From contig OZ024740.1 of NCBI GenBank assembly GCA_964016885.1, positions 120,156,001 through 120,220,000 on the forward strand: 64,000 bases of DNA, in the 5' to 3' direction. This DNA comes from Eledone cirrhosa. Its lineage: Eukaryota. Numbering within the stretch: position 1 is the stretch's first letter; every line of letters starts with the position of its first letter. This document shows positions 1 to 11,299 of the stretch, piece by piece. Under the pieces are notes generated by a model. It worked only from the letters and a program-made list of their open reading frames with translations. It was not told where the DNA came from and made no database searches. A program made the translations under genes and the position numbers.

Positions 1-835
1 TTACCTGACGCCAGACACCCAAGAGATATGTGAACCACTAAAAGAACAACACAAAAGTGCTTTCACATCTTGAATGAGTCACATGCAAAAAATAAGCCAG
101 ATGAGTTCTTCAACACAACTGCATTACACAGAGAAATGACAACCAATAACTACATAGATATAAAGATGAAGGATGTAATATCAGCCATAGAAGATATAAT
201 GCCAAATTCAGTAGCTAGCCTTGATGATTTCCCAACAATCCTTCTAGAAACATGCAAAAACCACTGGGGATCTTTTTTCCAAATGTCCCTTGCAAATAGT
301 AAAGTACCCAGAAAATTAAAAGAAGGCATAATATGTCCTATCCATAAGGAGGAAGCAGGGTAGATGCTAAAAACTACAGACCTGTCCCTCTGATTTAACA
401 TATCAGCAAGTCATGGAATGAATCATCAGAAGGAAACTAATCACGTTTCTAGAGGAAAATGATGTTCTAACTGATACTCAGCATGGCTTTCACCCAGGCA
501 GAAGTTGACTTACTCAGCTCTTACAGCATTATGACTGGATATTCAAACAGCTGCTAAACCAGTCAAACATAGATGTGATATATCTCAACTTTGCGAAGGC
601 TTAAGACAAGGTTGAGCATGGAATGATGTGTCATGAACTGCGTCTCAACTTTGCGAAGGCTTATGACAAGGTTGAGCATGGAATGATATCTCATGAATTG
701 CGTAGTTTTGGAATAGCTGGTAAACTTGGTGAATGGTGTCATGGCTGGTTAAAATACAGAAGCCAGACTGGCTCAAAAGAAATGTCCAGGAAGAATCGAA
801 ATCCCAGAGTCAAAATCAATAGGGGATCCGAGTAT
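1..835 (+). mobile_element. Degenerate CR1-group (CR1/L2/Jockey-like) LINE reverse transcriptase fragment
   Basis: Piecewise translation gives ICPIHK..KNYRP..RIIRRKLITFLEENDVLTDTQHGF..LTQLLQHYDW..DVIYLNFAKAYDKVEHG, the start of a CR1-type RT, with stops and frameshifts. Contains a ~60-bp internal tandem duplication (583-702). Confidence 0.8.
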
Positions 836-860
836 TGACATGAGTAATGATGCATCGTTG

Positions 861-1060
861 NNNNNNNNNNNNNNNNNNNNNNNNNNNNNNNNNNNNNNNN
901 NNNNNNNNNNNNNNNNNNNNNNNNNNNNNNNNNNNNNNNNNNNNNNNNNNNNNNNNNNNNNNNNNNNNNNNNNNNNNNNNNNNNNNNNNNNNNNNNNNNN
1001 NNNNNNNNNNNNNNNNNNNNNNNNNNNNNNNNNNNNNNNNNNNNNNNNNNNNNNNNNNNN
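861..1060. other. Assembly gap (200 N)
   Basis: Run of n characters. Confidence 1.
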
Positions 1061-1123
1061 TGGCCTCAGCCCCTTGGCTGAACACATAGTGCAAAAATAG
1101 TATAATAGAATATACACACACAA

Positions 1124-1162
<39 letters not shown>

Positions 1163-1283
1163 ATTACATACTTTTAGTCATATATAGATACACTGTGGTT
1201 GTCAAAATCACATTCATGTTGCATTCATCAGCCTGTATCTGATGTTTTTCTTCTACAAGTTCTATGATGAATATTATTACACA

Positions 1284-1580
1284 CATCATCATCATGATCA
1301 TCGTTTAACGTCCATATTCCACGCTTGCATGGGTTTGGACGGGAGTTTTCCCACTTGAGGCAAGAGTGGTTGTTTTGCTCGCATAGGACTGTCTGGCGGG
1401 TTTTCTACGGCTGGATGCCCTTCCTAACACCAACCACATTTACAGTGTGGAACTGGGAGGTTGTTATCGTGTTACCTACACGGCCACATTACAGCGTGGA
1501 CTGTGTGTTTTTTTGTCGTGACACCTACACAACCTCATTTGTTTCGGGCTGGTTGTTGTGGTACCAACATAACTTTACAT
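1284..1580 (-). mobile_element. 3' UTR/tail fragment of RTE LINE
   Basis: Reverse complement matches the 3' UTR of the RTE copy at ~23080-23509 and ends in (CAT)n, i.e. a (GAT)n tail on the element strand. Confidence 0.8.
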
Positions 1581-1800
1581 ATATACACATATACACATAT
1601 ATATATATACATACATAGATAATTACATATATACATATGCATGCTTATACAAATACACTACAATGGCATAATACAGATCATATAAAAATATTTAATGATG
1701 AGATAAATTATATAAAAATATTTTTACAATATATATAGTATTAAGTTATATAAATTAGAAAGATTTAGGTATTCAGGAGAAAACAAGAAAATCTTCTTAC

Positions 1801-1950
1801 TTTCATTTGGCTTCTTGCCATTTAGAGACCTACGATACCAGGTCACATTGGGATGTGGTGTTCCACTCACATTACACACAAGGCTTATTGTATCCCCCTC
1901 TTTGGCAGTTTTATCTTTACTTGACAACTCAGTATTAAGTGTTGGCTGGA
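1801..1950 (-). CDS. Internal exon of an Ig-superfamily cell-adhesion gene (Lachesin/DIP/IgLON-like; N-terminal half of an I-set Ig domain)
   Basis: Minus strand: acceptor ttcctcatttacAG ending at 1951, donor GTaag at 1800-1796. The 150-bp phase 1-1 exon reads xQPTLNTELSSKDKTAKEGDTISLVCNVSGTPHPNVTWYRRSLNGKKPNE, with the EG..(I/V).L.C...G.P.P.VTW I-set motif. Confidence 0.85.
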
Positions 1951-2816
1951 CTGTAAATGAGGAAATATCATATTAAGACATTGAAGAAAGCACTGCTATA
2001 ACATTTCATGTTAAAGTGTTATACAACTGATAAACAAGAATAAAAAATAATGAAAACCACCCGACTTCAAATCCAAAATTGATTGCATCAATCAACCTCA
2101 CTGAAAATAAAATAGATGTCATTTTCTCTTTGATTTTAAGTTACTCTTATTATTCAACTCTATTATGATGTGAAAAGACTCCTGTAATATAGCTGTCACT
2201 TCCAGAATCTTCTATGTATTCATAAGCCTGTATTTAATATTCTGTGTCAATCTAAACGATATAGGTGGTGTGAGTAAAGAATACATTTTTATTAATGAAG
2301 AAATATTGGAGAAAACTTTTGTCAGCAGTGGGAAATAAAAATTAAAACATTATTACTATTGTGAAATGTACTACTGACATTACCATTTGAGAAGAATACA
2401 CTCGATTTACTATGAAAGAGCTTGGGAATTTGAAAATGAAATTAAAAAAAAAACATCTTCACATTGAGAAATATGTAATGTATTTTGTATGGTACTAAAG
2501 AAATTATAGATGTTTGTACAGGTGTTATCAGCTGGGAATATATGGGAAAACTACACAAAATAAGGAGATAACATTAGAGTGAGAGATAGATAGAAAGATA
2601 CACAGAGGGAGAGAGATGAAGATAGAAAATGAGAGAGAGATGGAGAAGGAGAGATAGTGCATAATAGAATGAACATTTGCAATGCATCGATCATTCAATA
2701 TTTTGAAATTCAAACTTGAAGTATGAAAGGGTTCAGCAATTTAATGTATGAATGAAAGTCACAAGATCTAATGCATCATGTAAATAAAAAAAAAATATAA
2801 CATTGGTAGTGATATA

Positions 2817-3170
2817 TATATTCTATTCTATTCTAAGGCGGGTAAAATTCCCGAGATCCATGGACGAGTTCTCTCCAGCGGTCTCTGTCTCTCATTATCG
2901 CTGCCATGTCCTGCGTCTCCAATAGACCAGTGTCTGTCCTTAGGGCATCAACATACGTTAACCTTGGTCTTCCTCTTCTAGTGTGTCCATGTAGGGGCTC
3001 CCAAAGGAGCACTGAGTGCAATGTCAACTCTGGATGTCGGTGAGCATGTCCAGCTAACCTCAGTCTCCTCTGTGTCACGAGAATGCTGAGGATGGCTCTG
3101 AACATTAATCAGTATACACTGAGGATGAAAAACTCAGAGCTGTATGGGAGCATCCCAAAAGTCAGCTCAA
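2817..3170 (-). mobile_element. RTE-X/RTE-clade LINE 3' end fragment
   Basis: ORF 2833-3105 RRLRLAGHAHRHPEL..VLLWEPLHGHTRRGRPRLTYVDAL..DRDRWR is a typical RTE-clade C-terminus, followed by a (TAGAA)n tail at ~2817-2835. Confidence 0.8.
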
Positions 3171-3173
3171 AAG

Positions 3174-3221
<48 letters not shown>

Positions 3222-3511
3222 ATAGAGAGAGATATAGAGAGATATATAGAGAGAGAAATATAGAGAGAGAGATAGAGAGCGAGATAGATAGATAGATAGA
3301 TAGATAGATATATATAGAGAGAGAGTCAGTGCTGAGATCGAGGAGACTGCTAATCATGGGAGTACTCGATGCATGGGAGATGCAGAATGGGTATAGAGAT
3401 ATGAAAAATCCCAACCGTAGCACCAAGAAGTTTTGGCCTGTATGTTCAGCAAGCCTTTTCAAGGGTGTATCTGCATCTCTCTCTATATATATGTATATAT
3501 ATATATATATA

Positions 3512-3834
3512 TATTAAGACAGGGGGGAAGAAAAAATGGCTTCACTTGTGCTTTCAACAAATTTATTTTCTTCACAAAATCCAAAAAGAATTTTTTTCCG
3601 GGTTAGAAAAAAAAATTTTTTTCTTGAAAAAAATTATTTTATAAATTAAGTTAGGTCTTAGGAGTTCTTGGTTAACGTAGGAGGTATTGTTTCGTTTTTA
3701 GAACGACCTTTCATGGAAAAAAATTCTTTTTGGATTTTGTGAAGAAAATAAATTTGTTTGAAAGCACAAGTGAAGCCATTTTTTTTTCCCCCCTGTCTTA
3801 ATATACCTAACTGTACTAAGGATTACACACATTT

Positions 3835-3840
<6 letters not shown>
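3512..3840. repeat. Fold-back element in (TA)n: ~85-bp inverted arms (3512-3597 / 3715-3803) plus a short one-sided tail
   Basis: taagacaggggggaagaaaaaatggcttcacttgtgctttcaacaaattt... is mirrored by ...aaatttgtttgaaagcacaagtgaagccattttttttcccccctgtctta; TA runs on both sides. Confidence 0.85.
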
Positions 3841-3891
<51 letters not shown>

Positions 3892-3965
3892 CATGATAAT
3901 ATTACACAACATAATGTAAGCGACTGTCCTGTTTCATAGTGGAATAGATTACTTTCATCATCTTT

Positions 3966-4400
3966 ATCATCATCACCGTTTTACGTCCATTCTTCCACGC
4001 TAGCATGGGTTAGACAGGTTGTCCTGTTGTGGGCAGTGTCTGGTCAGCTGACCTTGTCTTGCTCATACGGGAACTGATTCCAGCTTGATTTCTACAGCTG
4101 GATGCCCTTCCTAACACCAACCTCATTTACAGTGAGTGCTGGGTGCTTTTTTTTTGTGGCGCCTACACGTCCACTTTACAGTGTGAGCTGAGTGATTTTT
4201 AACCGTGGTACCTCCACAACCCCTTTGCAGTGGAATAATAGGGGCCCCAGTCCTATCATCTCATTTCTACAGCTGTGTAAACTGGAGCAATGTGAAATAA
4301 AGTGTCTTGCTCAAGGAAACAACACTTCACCTGGTCCAGAAATTGAACTCACAACCTTTCGATTGCAAGTCCAATGCTCTATCCACTAAGCCATGTGCCT
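3966..4400 (-). mobile_element. tRNA-derived CORE-like SINE with an RTE-derived 3' tail
   Basis: Minus strand: A box (tggcttagtgg), B box (gagttcaatt), CORE-like ccttgagcaagacacttta, then sequence matching the RTE 3' UTR at 26963-27230 and a (GAT)n tail. Confidence 0.8.
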
Positions 4401-4626
4401 ACTTTATGAATAAAAATCATTAATATCATCATTACTATTTAACATTTATTTTCAATGCTTGCATGAGATTAAGTATTATATTTTAAAGCTAGATAGATCA
4501 GCTGATCATATCTAGTCCATATGTCCCATTTTGGGCACAGTCTATACAGGCGAATAATTATTGAATATAAAATAATCAAATAAATTAAACTGTTCCTATA
4601 TGAAATCACAATGTAATTTACATAAT

Positions 4627-5018
4627 TGTTTCTACTTTTTAGCACAAGGCCAGCAATTACCCAGTGCATTACTGGTACTTTATTCTATCGACCTCGTAAG
4701 GATGAAAGGCAAAGTTAACCTCGGCGGGATTTGAACTCAGAATGGCAAGGGCCATAACTCTATGCATCAAAGCATGGCATCCGACCCTCTACCGATACTG
4801 CCAATCCAATGCACAACAATGTAATCTACATAATTGTTTCTACTTTTGGCACAAGGCCATCAATTATCCCAGTGCATTACTGGTACTTTATTTTATCGAC
4901 CTCGTAAGGATGAAAGGCAAAGTCAACCTCGGCGGGATTTGAACTCAGATCGTAAAGGGACGTAACTATGCTGGAAAGCATGGTGTCTGACCCTCTACCG
5001 ATACTGCCAATCCACCGC
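4627..5018 (-). mobile_element. Two tandem copies of a ~190-bp tRNA-derived SINE (family 1)
   Basis: Minus strand head ggattggcagtatcggtagag..gagttcaaatccc and central gccgaggtt(a/g)actttgcctttcatccttacgaggtcgataaaataaagtaccag; copies separated by a duplicate of the flank (acaatgtaat.tacataatt). Confidence 0.9.
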
Positions 5019-5104
5019 AATGTTGTGTAATATGATTATTATGTAACTACACATCTCTTCTATTGATATTGTGCATTTTCATAACTTCTCGTATATATTC
5101 ATAT

Positions 5105-5935
5105 CAGTAATGTCATGGAATGAATCATCAGAAAGAAACTGATCACGTTCTTTGAAGAAAATTACCTCCTAGCACTCAGCATGGATTTCACCTGGGAAGA
5201 CGCTGACTTTCGCAGCTTTTTCAACACTATACATGGGTACTGAAACTATTTGTAGACCACTCAAATGTGGATGTGATAGATATTGACTCTGTGAAGGCCT
5301 TTGACAATGTCGACCATGGAATGAAATGTCACAAAATAAATATTCGGCATAACTGGAAAAATAGGTGAGCGGCTGCATGACTTCTTAAAACATAGAAGCC
5401 AGACTGTTGCAGCCAATGGAACTCTCTCAAAGGAAACATCAATAAAAAGTGGGGTGCCCTAGGGGACAGACTGTATTGGGACCACTACTGTTTTTGGTGG
5501 CTCTTTCAGACATGTCTTCTGTAGTTCATACAACATCCCTCACTAGTTATGCTGATGACACAAAAGTAGCACAGACAAATGAAGAACCTGGCCGATGCTA
5601 TTCTTTTAAAACAAGATCTGAATACCATATACAAATGGGCTGAGGACAACAACATGCAATTTAATGCTAGAAAATTTCAAGTCCTATGAAATCAATCTAC
5701 AAAAAGAAGCCCAGTACAACCAACAAAGCTACACCAGACCAGAAGGGTTCTAAAGCCCCATATCGAAATCGATATGAGACCGGTGTATAGATATGAGCGA
5801 GAATGCATCCTTTCATTCACACATCATGAAAATGGTGACAATGTTCAGATGACTTACTGGCTGGATCTTGAGGACTTCCACGACAAGAGACTGAGAGACC
5901 ATGCACATGACATATCCATACCAATGCAGTCTTCT
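5105..5935 (+). mobile_element. Degenerate CR1-group LINE RT fragment
   Basis: Similar to 1-835; includes G.P.GQTVLGPLLFLVALSDM..SYADDTKV (RT catalytic motifs). Confidence 0.8.
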
Positions 5936-5939
5936 CTCA

Positions 5940-6250
5940 TGCACACCACTTCAGATTCCTTTTAAATCCAGCTTCAAACTCAACTCATCCAAGCTCTGAT
6001 TTCTCTCACATTTACATTGCACATCTAACGGAGCACGTTTGCTTCAATTCTCTCCATTCTACGTATGTCCTCTATAGTCACAGCCTATGTTACATTACCA
6101 TGCAGTATTGCACTTTGCACACAGGTGTCATAAAGTCTTCCTTTTGTATGTAGGGAGAAACCTTTTGTGGTCATCAGTGGGAGTAGCTACATGAACTTTT
6201 CCCATCCCATCCCTATTCAAGATATTAGGCTCCTGGAGCATCCTTTGTCA
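5940..6250 (-). mobile_element. RTE LINE C-terminal fragment
   Basis: Minus strand encodes LPLMTTKGFSLHTKGRLYDTCVQSAILHG, homologous to the RTE copies below. Confidence 0.7.
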
Positions 6251-6425
6251 GCATAATAAATGAAAAAAGACATTTTCTGAATATTTAATATCTAATATTT
6301 GATAAGGTTGCTGATTGAGACCAGTTTATTTAATGCAATGCAACAATTATAAAATTATTCATTCTGTCAGGTTAAAGAAAAAATAAACTTCATATATACT
6401 TCTGTGCATTTTCACCTTCACATTT

Positions 6426-6497
<72 letters not shown>

Positions 6498-6865
6498 TAT
6501 ATACCATCATCATTGTTTAACATCCATTTTCTCTGCTAGCAAATGTTGGATGCATCTTCACAAAACTTGTCAGTACTGAATGGGGCAAATGACCTACCAG
6601 GCAAACTTCTCACTTATGTATGGCCTGACATTCTGCAGAATACATTTTATAGAGGTTGATATGTCTTTGACATAACCAAAATTTTCGCCCAACTTTCATG
6701 TTCAAACTTTCTATGGATGGATGCATTCCTACCACCAACCATTTTACCACATATATTGTGTCTGTTTATAATGTAGATCACGAACACTAGAGAGGTCTAT
6801 GGTAATATACCTATACATATACACACACAAATATATATATATATATGTGTGTATGTGGTAAAGAT

Positions 6866-6965
6866 GAATGGCTTAGTGGTTAGAGCATAGGACATGAGAT
6901 TGTGAGTTCAATTATCAGACTGGGTGATGCATTGTGTCCTTGAGCAAGATACTTTATTTCATGTT
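6866..6965 (+). mobile_element. Partial tRNA-derived CORE-like SINE (head + core)
   Basis: tggcttagtggttagagc..gtgagttcaatt..gtgtccttgagcaagatacttta. Confidence 0.7.
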
Positions 6966-9900
6966 GAAGCAGCCAGTGGAATAAAATGTAATGTGATTCT
7001 CTGAATCAGTTTTGAATTCCAGTTGATGACTTTCCCTTTTGCTTACATTTTCCCATTGAAGGAAATCTCAATGTTAGACTTCTCACTCATTTAGCCTTGC
7101 AGAATTTAAAACTAAGAGGCATCAGGCCAATATAATAATGAAATCATATCCACTGAAAGTGCATCATGAAAACTGCCAGTTAGATACAAGGTTGGCTAGC
7201 AGTGTACTTTAATTGCTATGATTAAACCTGCCAAAAATACTAGATTTGTCAGTGTAACATGAGTTCGAAAACAAACAAAATCAATTCTTTTTACTATAAT
7301 GTAAAAGAGTGAGGGGCAGTGCACATGACCTTTTGAGGGGCTTGGAAATTTGTTGGGAGGGAGCAGGAGAAATTCAGAATGCTTACAAGGTTATAGGCAC
7401 CCAATGGACAAATGGATTTGAACTAAAAAACAAAAAGTGAGATCAAATACTGCAAATATCTCACCTTATTTTCTAACAACTCTGCCAATCCACTACACTC
7501 GGCTGATATATTTTATCAGCTCTGAAAGGAAAAAGGCAAAGCTAACCGTGACAGGATTTGAACAAAGAGCACAGAGATCCAGAACAAATACCACATGGTA
7601 TTTTGTCCAGTACTCAATCAAGTTATTGCTGCATGCTGATTTATCCTTCTACTTAACCTTCTACTTAAATACAAAGGTCAGCTACAAGTGTGATAAAACC
7701 TGCAGGAAATTACAGATTTATCAGAGTAACATCAACATAAAAACAAAGAAATGAATATAAAAGCTAAATACAAAAACAACTATCACATTGATGATGGCTT
7801 GCAGGTTAATGTTACAATTTAGTACTTGATATGGTACATTATTTTCTACAGCTATTAAACTTTGTATATGTATATAGGTATGTTTGGTATGTATGTATAT
7901 AAGTGTACGGTATGCCTGTATGTGTGTATGGTAGGAATGCATGTTTGTTTGATTGTTTGTATGTATGTATTTGGCTTGTATAAATCTACATAATATGGAA
8001 TCTAGCACAATGTGCAGATGTCTGCTTTAAGAAATCAGACACTGAAATCATAGAAATGTCCAAGTTTGTGAAGCCTTCTGGCCAATTCAATCAGAAACAA
8101 AACTATGCACAATGGCAGAAAATAACAGTATGTGAATATCATGATACAACTGTCGTCTACATTGAGGAGGATGGTAAAATATTGCAACCGTCCTTATTTC
8201 TAGTCGCCTTTCCTTTTATGCTCTCTAAAGAGAATCTTGGGGGTGGTTGAAAAATCGTCTCTCAGAGTGTTCCCAAAATATACTCCAGTCTAAAAGTTCA
8301 AGAGATCAATTTTGTCAGAAGTCTGTATTCTTGTGATCTATTTTAGTTCACAACAGTAATATTGATTACAGACGGTGCTACCTATAATATAGTCAATAAC
8401 ATTGTTAATGTACTTTGGTCTCTTGAGGAATACTAGACTTAGGAGACTGGTGCAAGTAAGCACATGATTGCTTTTACTTGAAAGATTGCTAGTGAGTAGT
8501 TCAATTGAAGAATATTTTAGCTTATTATATGAGAGGGAGACAGAGGGAAAATAAAATACAATGAAACCAAAAGGAAAAAAAGGGGATGGAAAAAAATTAA
8601 ATGTGGAAAAAAATATAAATAAATAACAATTTTAGCTTGTAGACTTTCAGCTGTCACAAACGAGAAACAGATATTCATGTAAAGATAGCATGTCCTAGAG
8701 ATAAACAACAGAATATCAAAAAAACATGTTTTCAAAATATGTTGGAAATGAAATGAAATGAATGTTCTTGAAAGTGGATCAAAGAGACAATGGAGAGGAG
8801 AGTGAAAAGTGAAACACTAACAAACAAAAAAAAAGTAACAGATAAATAATTTTTATTACGTAGGCATATGGCCAGAAATAAAGAAACATAATTATTTGGC
8901 TTCAGTAGTTGACTGGCTTTCCTTGATCCCAAAAGGAGGAAAGTCAAAGTTGACTGCAGTAGGATTTGAACTCAGAATGTAAAGAATTGTAACTAAATAC
9001 CACACATTTTATCTGATGCTCCAATAATTTTTTCTAATCCAAGACAAATTAAATCAGTGAATACCATTTTTTCTGAGGTTTTGTTACTCATCATTGTGGG
9101 AATAGTAGCCAAATCCCAGAAAATGACATTGTTTTATAATGGAAGGACATTGAATGATTTAGTCAATGATACACTATCCAAGAGAAAAAGGATGTAATAG
9201 TCATGACTACAACATCTTTTATTATAGCTTTGCTTTAGCATGGTTGATCAGTGGCTAGACAATAAATGAGAAAAAAAGATTTCATTGAATTTTGAATTTG
9301 AAATAAATATTCAGATCAGATTCATTTGGAGACATACACAGATAAATTGGTAGGTAAACCATTGAAGTGGTTGCTATATAGTCATTTGACTTGCTTTTCT
9401 TGAGCAGCAAAATATCTCAAATGTCTTTAAAATAGAACCACATATATTTGACTCCAAATTTTAAGATGCAAGGCACAGCCATATGACTAGTGAGACGTTG
9501 AATATACAGAATAGAATTACGAAACTATGTTTCATGCATTCTTCCACTACAGAGTATTTAATGGCTTGAATTACATTTGCCATTTTATTAAATTCTTCCT
9601 GAACGTAAGATATGCTGCATTGCTTTTTCTCCACAAAGTTTTAACTAATAAAATTACTTTTGCAGATTTGAACTGTCTATGATCTAACTTTTCTCAAGAA
9701 ATAGACAAATTTGGATGATAATAAGTTACATTTAAAGATCTTAATGGAAATTAACTCTTTGCATTCTGTACCATATAAAACCACATAATGTTCTTGAAAA
9801 GTACAACAGTGGACTATGACTATCATATTATAACTTCAAGTCTTTATTTCACGAATACAAAATTTTAGAATAATCTGTACACTAGTGAAGAAAGATAGTA

Positions 9901-10562
9901 TAATCATAAACTTGTTTTTAAATATTTTCTGCAAAATTGTTTCAAGATATTAAGAACTAACTTATCTAAAATGCTTTAAATCACACTCTACCAACTTAAC
10001 AAGGAAAGGATATTAACTAATGTTATCCTAAATATATTATGTCTAGAATAAAAAAACAGGATGGAATAATTACTGCAGGAAAACCTTTGCTCAGGTTTGA
10101 CATAGGGCTAAACAACCTCAGATACATTTGGCCAGTGTGATGAGAAATAGGTGCAAAGTTCTCACTTCAATACAAATGACACATATTTATTAGCATATTA
10201 TGAGTAGTTTGGTGGTGGTGGTGGTGGTGGTAGTGGTAGTAGTAGTAGTAAATCAAATTGAACAAGATAATCTATAATGTGATGATAGGGTCTGAGTCGA
10301 ATTAGGGAAAATCTGGTTAACAAAAGAATCAATAAAAAATTTGGTTTGGCTAAATAAAGGTTATTATGTAGACTTATCAATATCTAACTGACATAATATA
10401 ATTAGCATATAAATCCAAATGATAAGGATAATTATGTTTATGGCAATGGGAATGCTTTTGGTGATATGTTTAAACATTTGAAAAAAAATTTACAATTGAG
10501 AAAAACAATTTCAATATTTTTACATGTTCAATTAAATGTCAGCTACTTTGATAAACAGTTAA

Positions 10563-10646
10563 AGAAGAAGCTAAAGATAATGAAGAAGCTAAAGATAATG
10601 ATGAAGGTAAAGATAATGATGAAGCTAAAGATAATGATGAAGGTGA
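10563..10646. repeat. 18-bp minisatellite (gataatgatgaagctaaa), ~4.5 copies
   Basis: Direct tandem repeats visible in sequence. Confidence 0.85.
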
Positions 10647-10787
10647 ATACATTTAAAATATCTGTAAAAATTTGCATTTGATGTAAAAGTTTATTAAAAT
10701 GTATTACATTCACAATATGAGCCAACAAGTGATGCAATACAGAATACTCATTATCACCATTACAAATGGCATTCTGTTATAATGTGA

Positions 10788-11108
10788 AGGCACATGGCTT
10801 AGTGGTTAGAGCATTATTCTTGCAATTGAGAGGTTGTGAGTTCAATTCTTGGACTGTGTGATGCGTTGTGTCCTTGAACAAGACACTTTACTTCATGTTG
10901 CTCCAGTTCACTCAACTGTAGAAATGAGTTGTGACATCACTGGTGGCAAGCTGTATTGGTCATTGGCTTTCCCTTTGACAACATCAGTGGAATCGAGAGG
11001 TGAGACTGCTATGCATGGGTGACTGCTGGTCTTCAACAAATAAACCTTGTCTCAGAGGGAAGTCTTCTAGGTGCAAAAGCATGGTCATTAGTGACCGATG
11101 GGGCTGTT
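10788..11108 (+). mobile_element. Full-length tRNA-derived CORE-like SINE (family 2, non-RTE tail)
   Basis: A/B boxes, CORE-like gtgtccttgaacaagacacttta and a distinct 3' region; a diverged reverse copy lies at ~31530-31810. Confidence 0.8.
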
Positions 11109-11127
11109 GATAATAATTTAAACTGAT

Positions 11128-11191
<64 letters not shown>

Positions 11192-11299
11192 TACATATAT
11201 AGTGTGTGTAACCAAGGCTACACCACTGTATAAATGTATGCACTATCGTATAATTCTGTATAATGTCTGTATAATTCATCATTTTTTTTTGCTGTCCAT

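Noticed and set aside
773-1145. ORFs spanning poly-X
   Set aside because: Artefacts of the 200-N gap
10788-10860. tRNA-like sequence with A and B boxes (also other SINE heads)
   Set aside because: No intact cloverleaf; continues into SINE body, so not called as a tRNA gene
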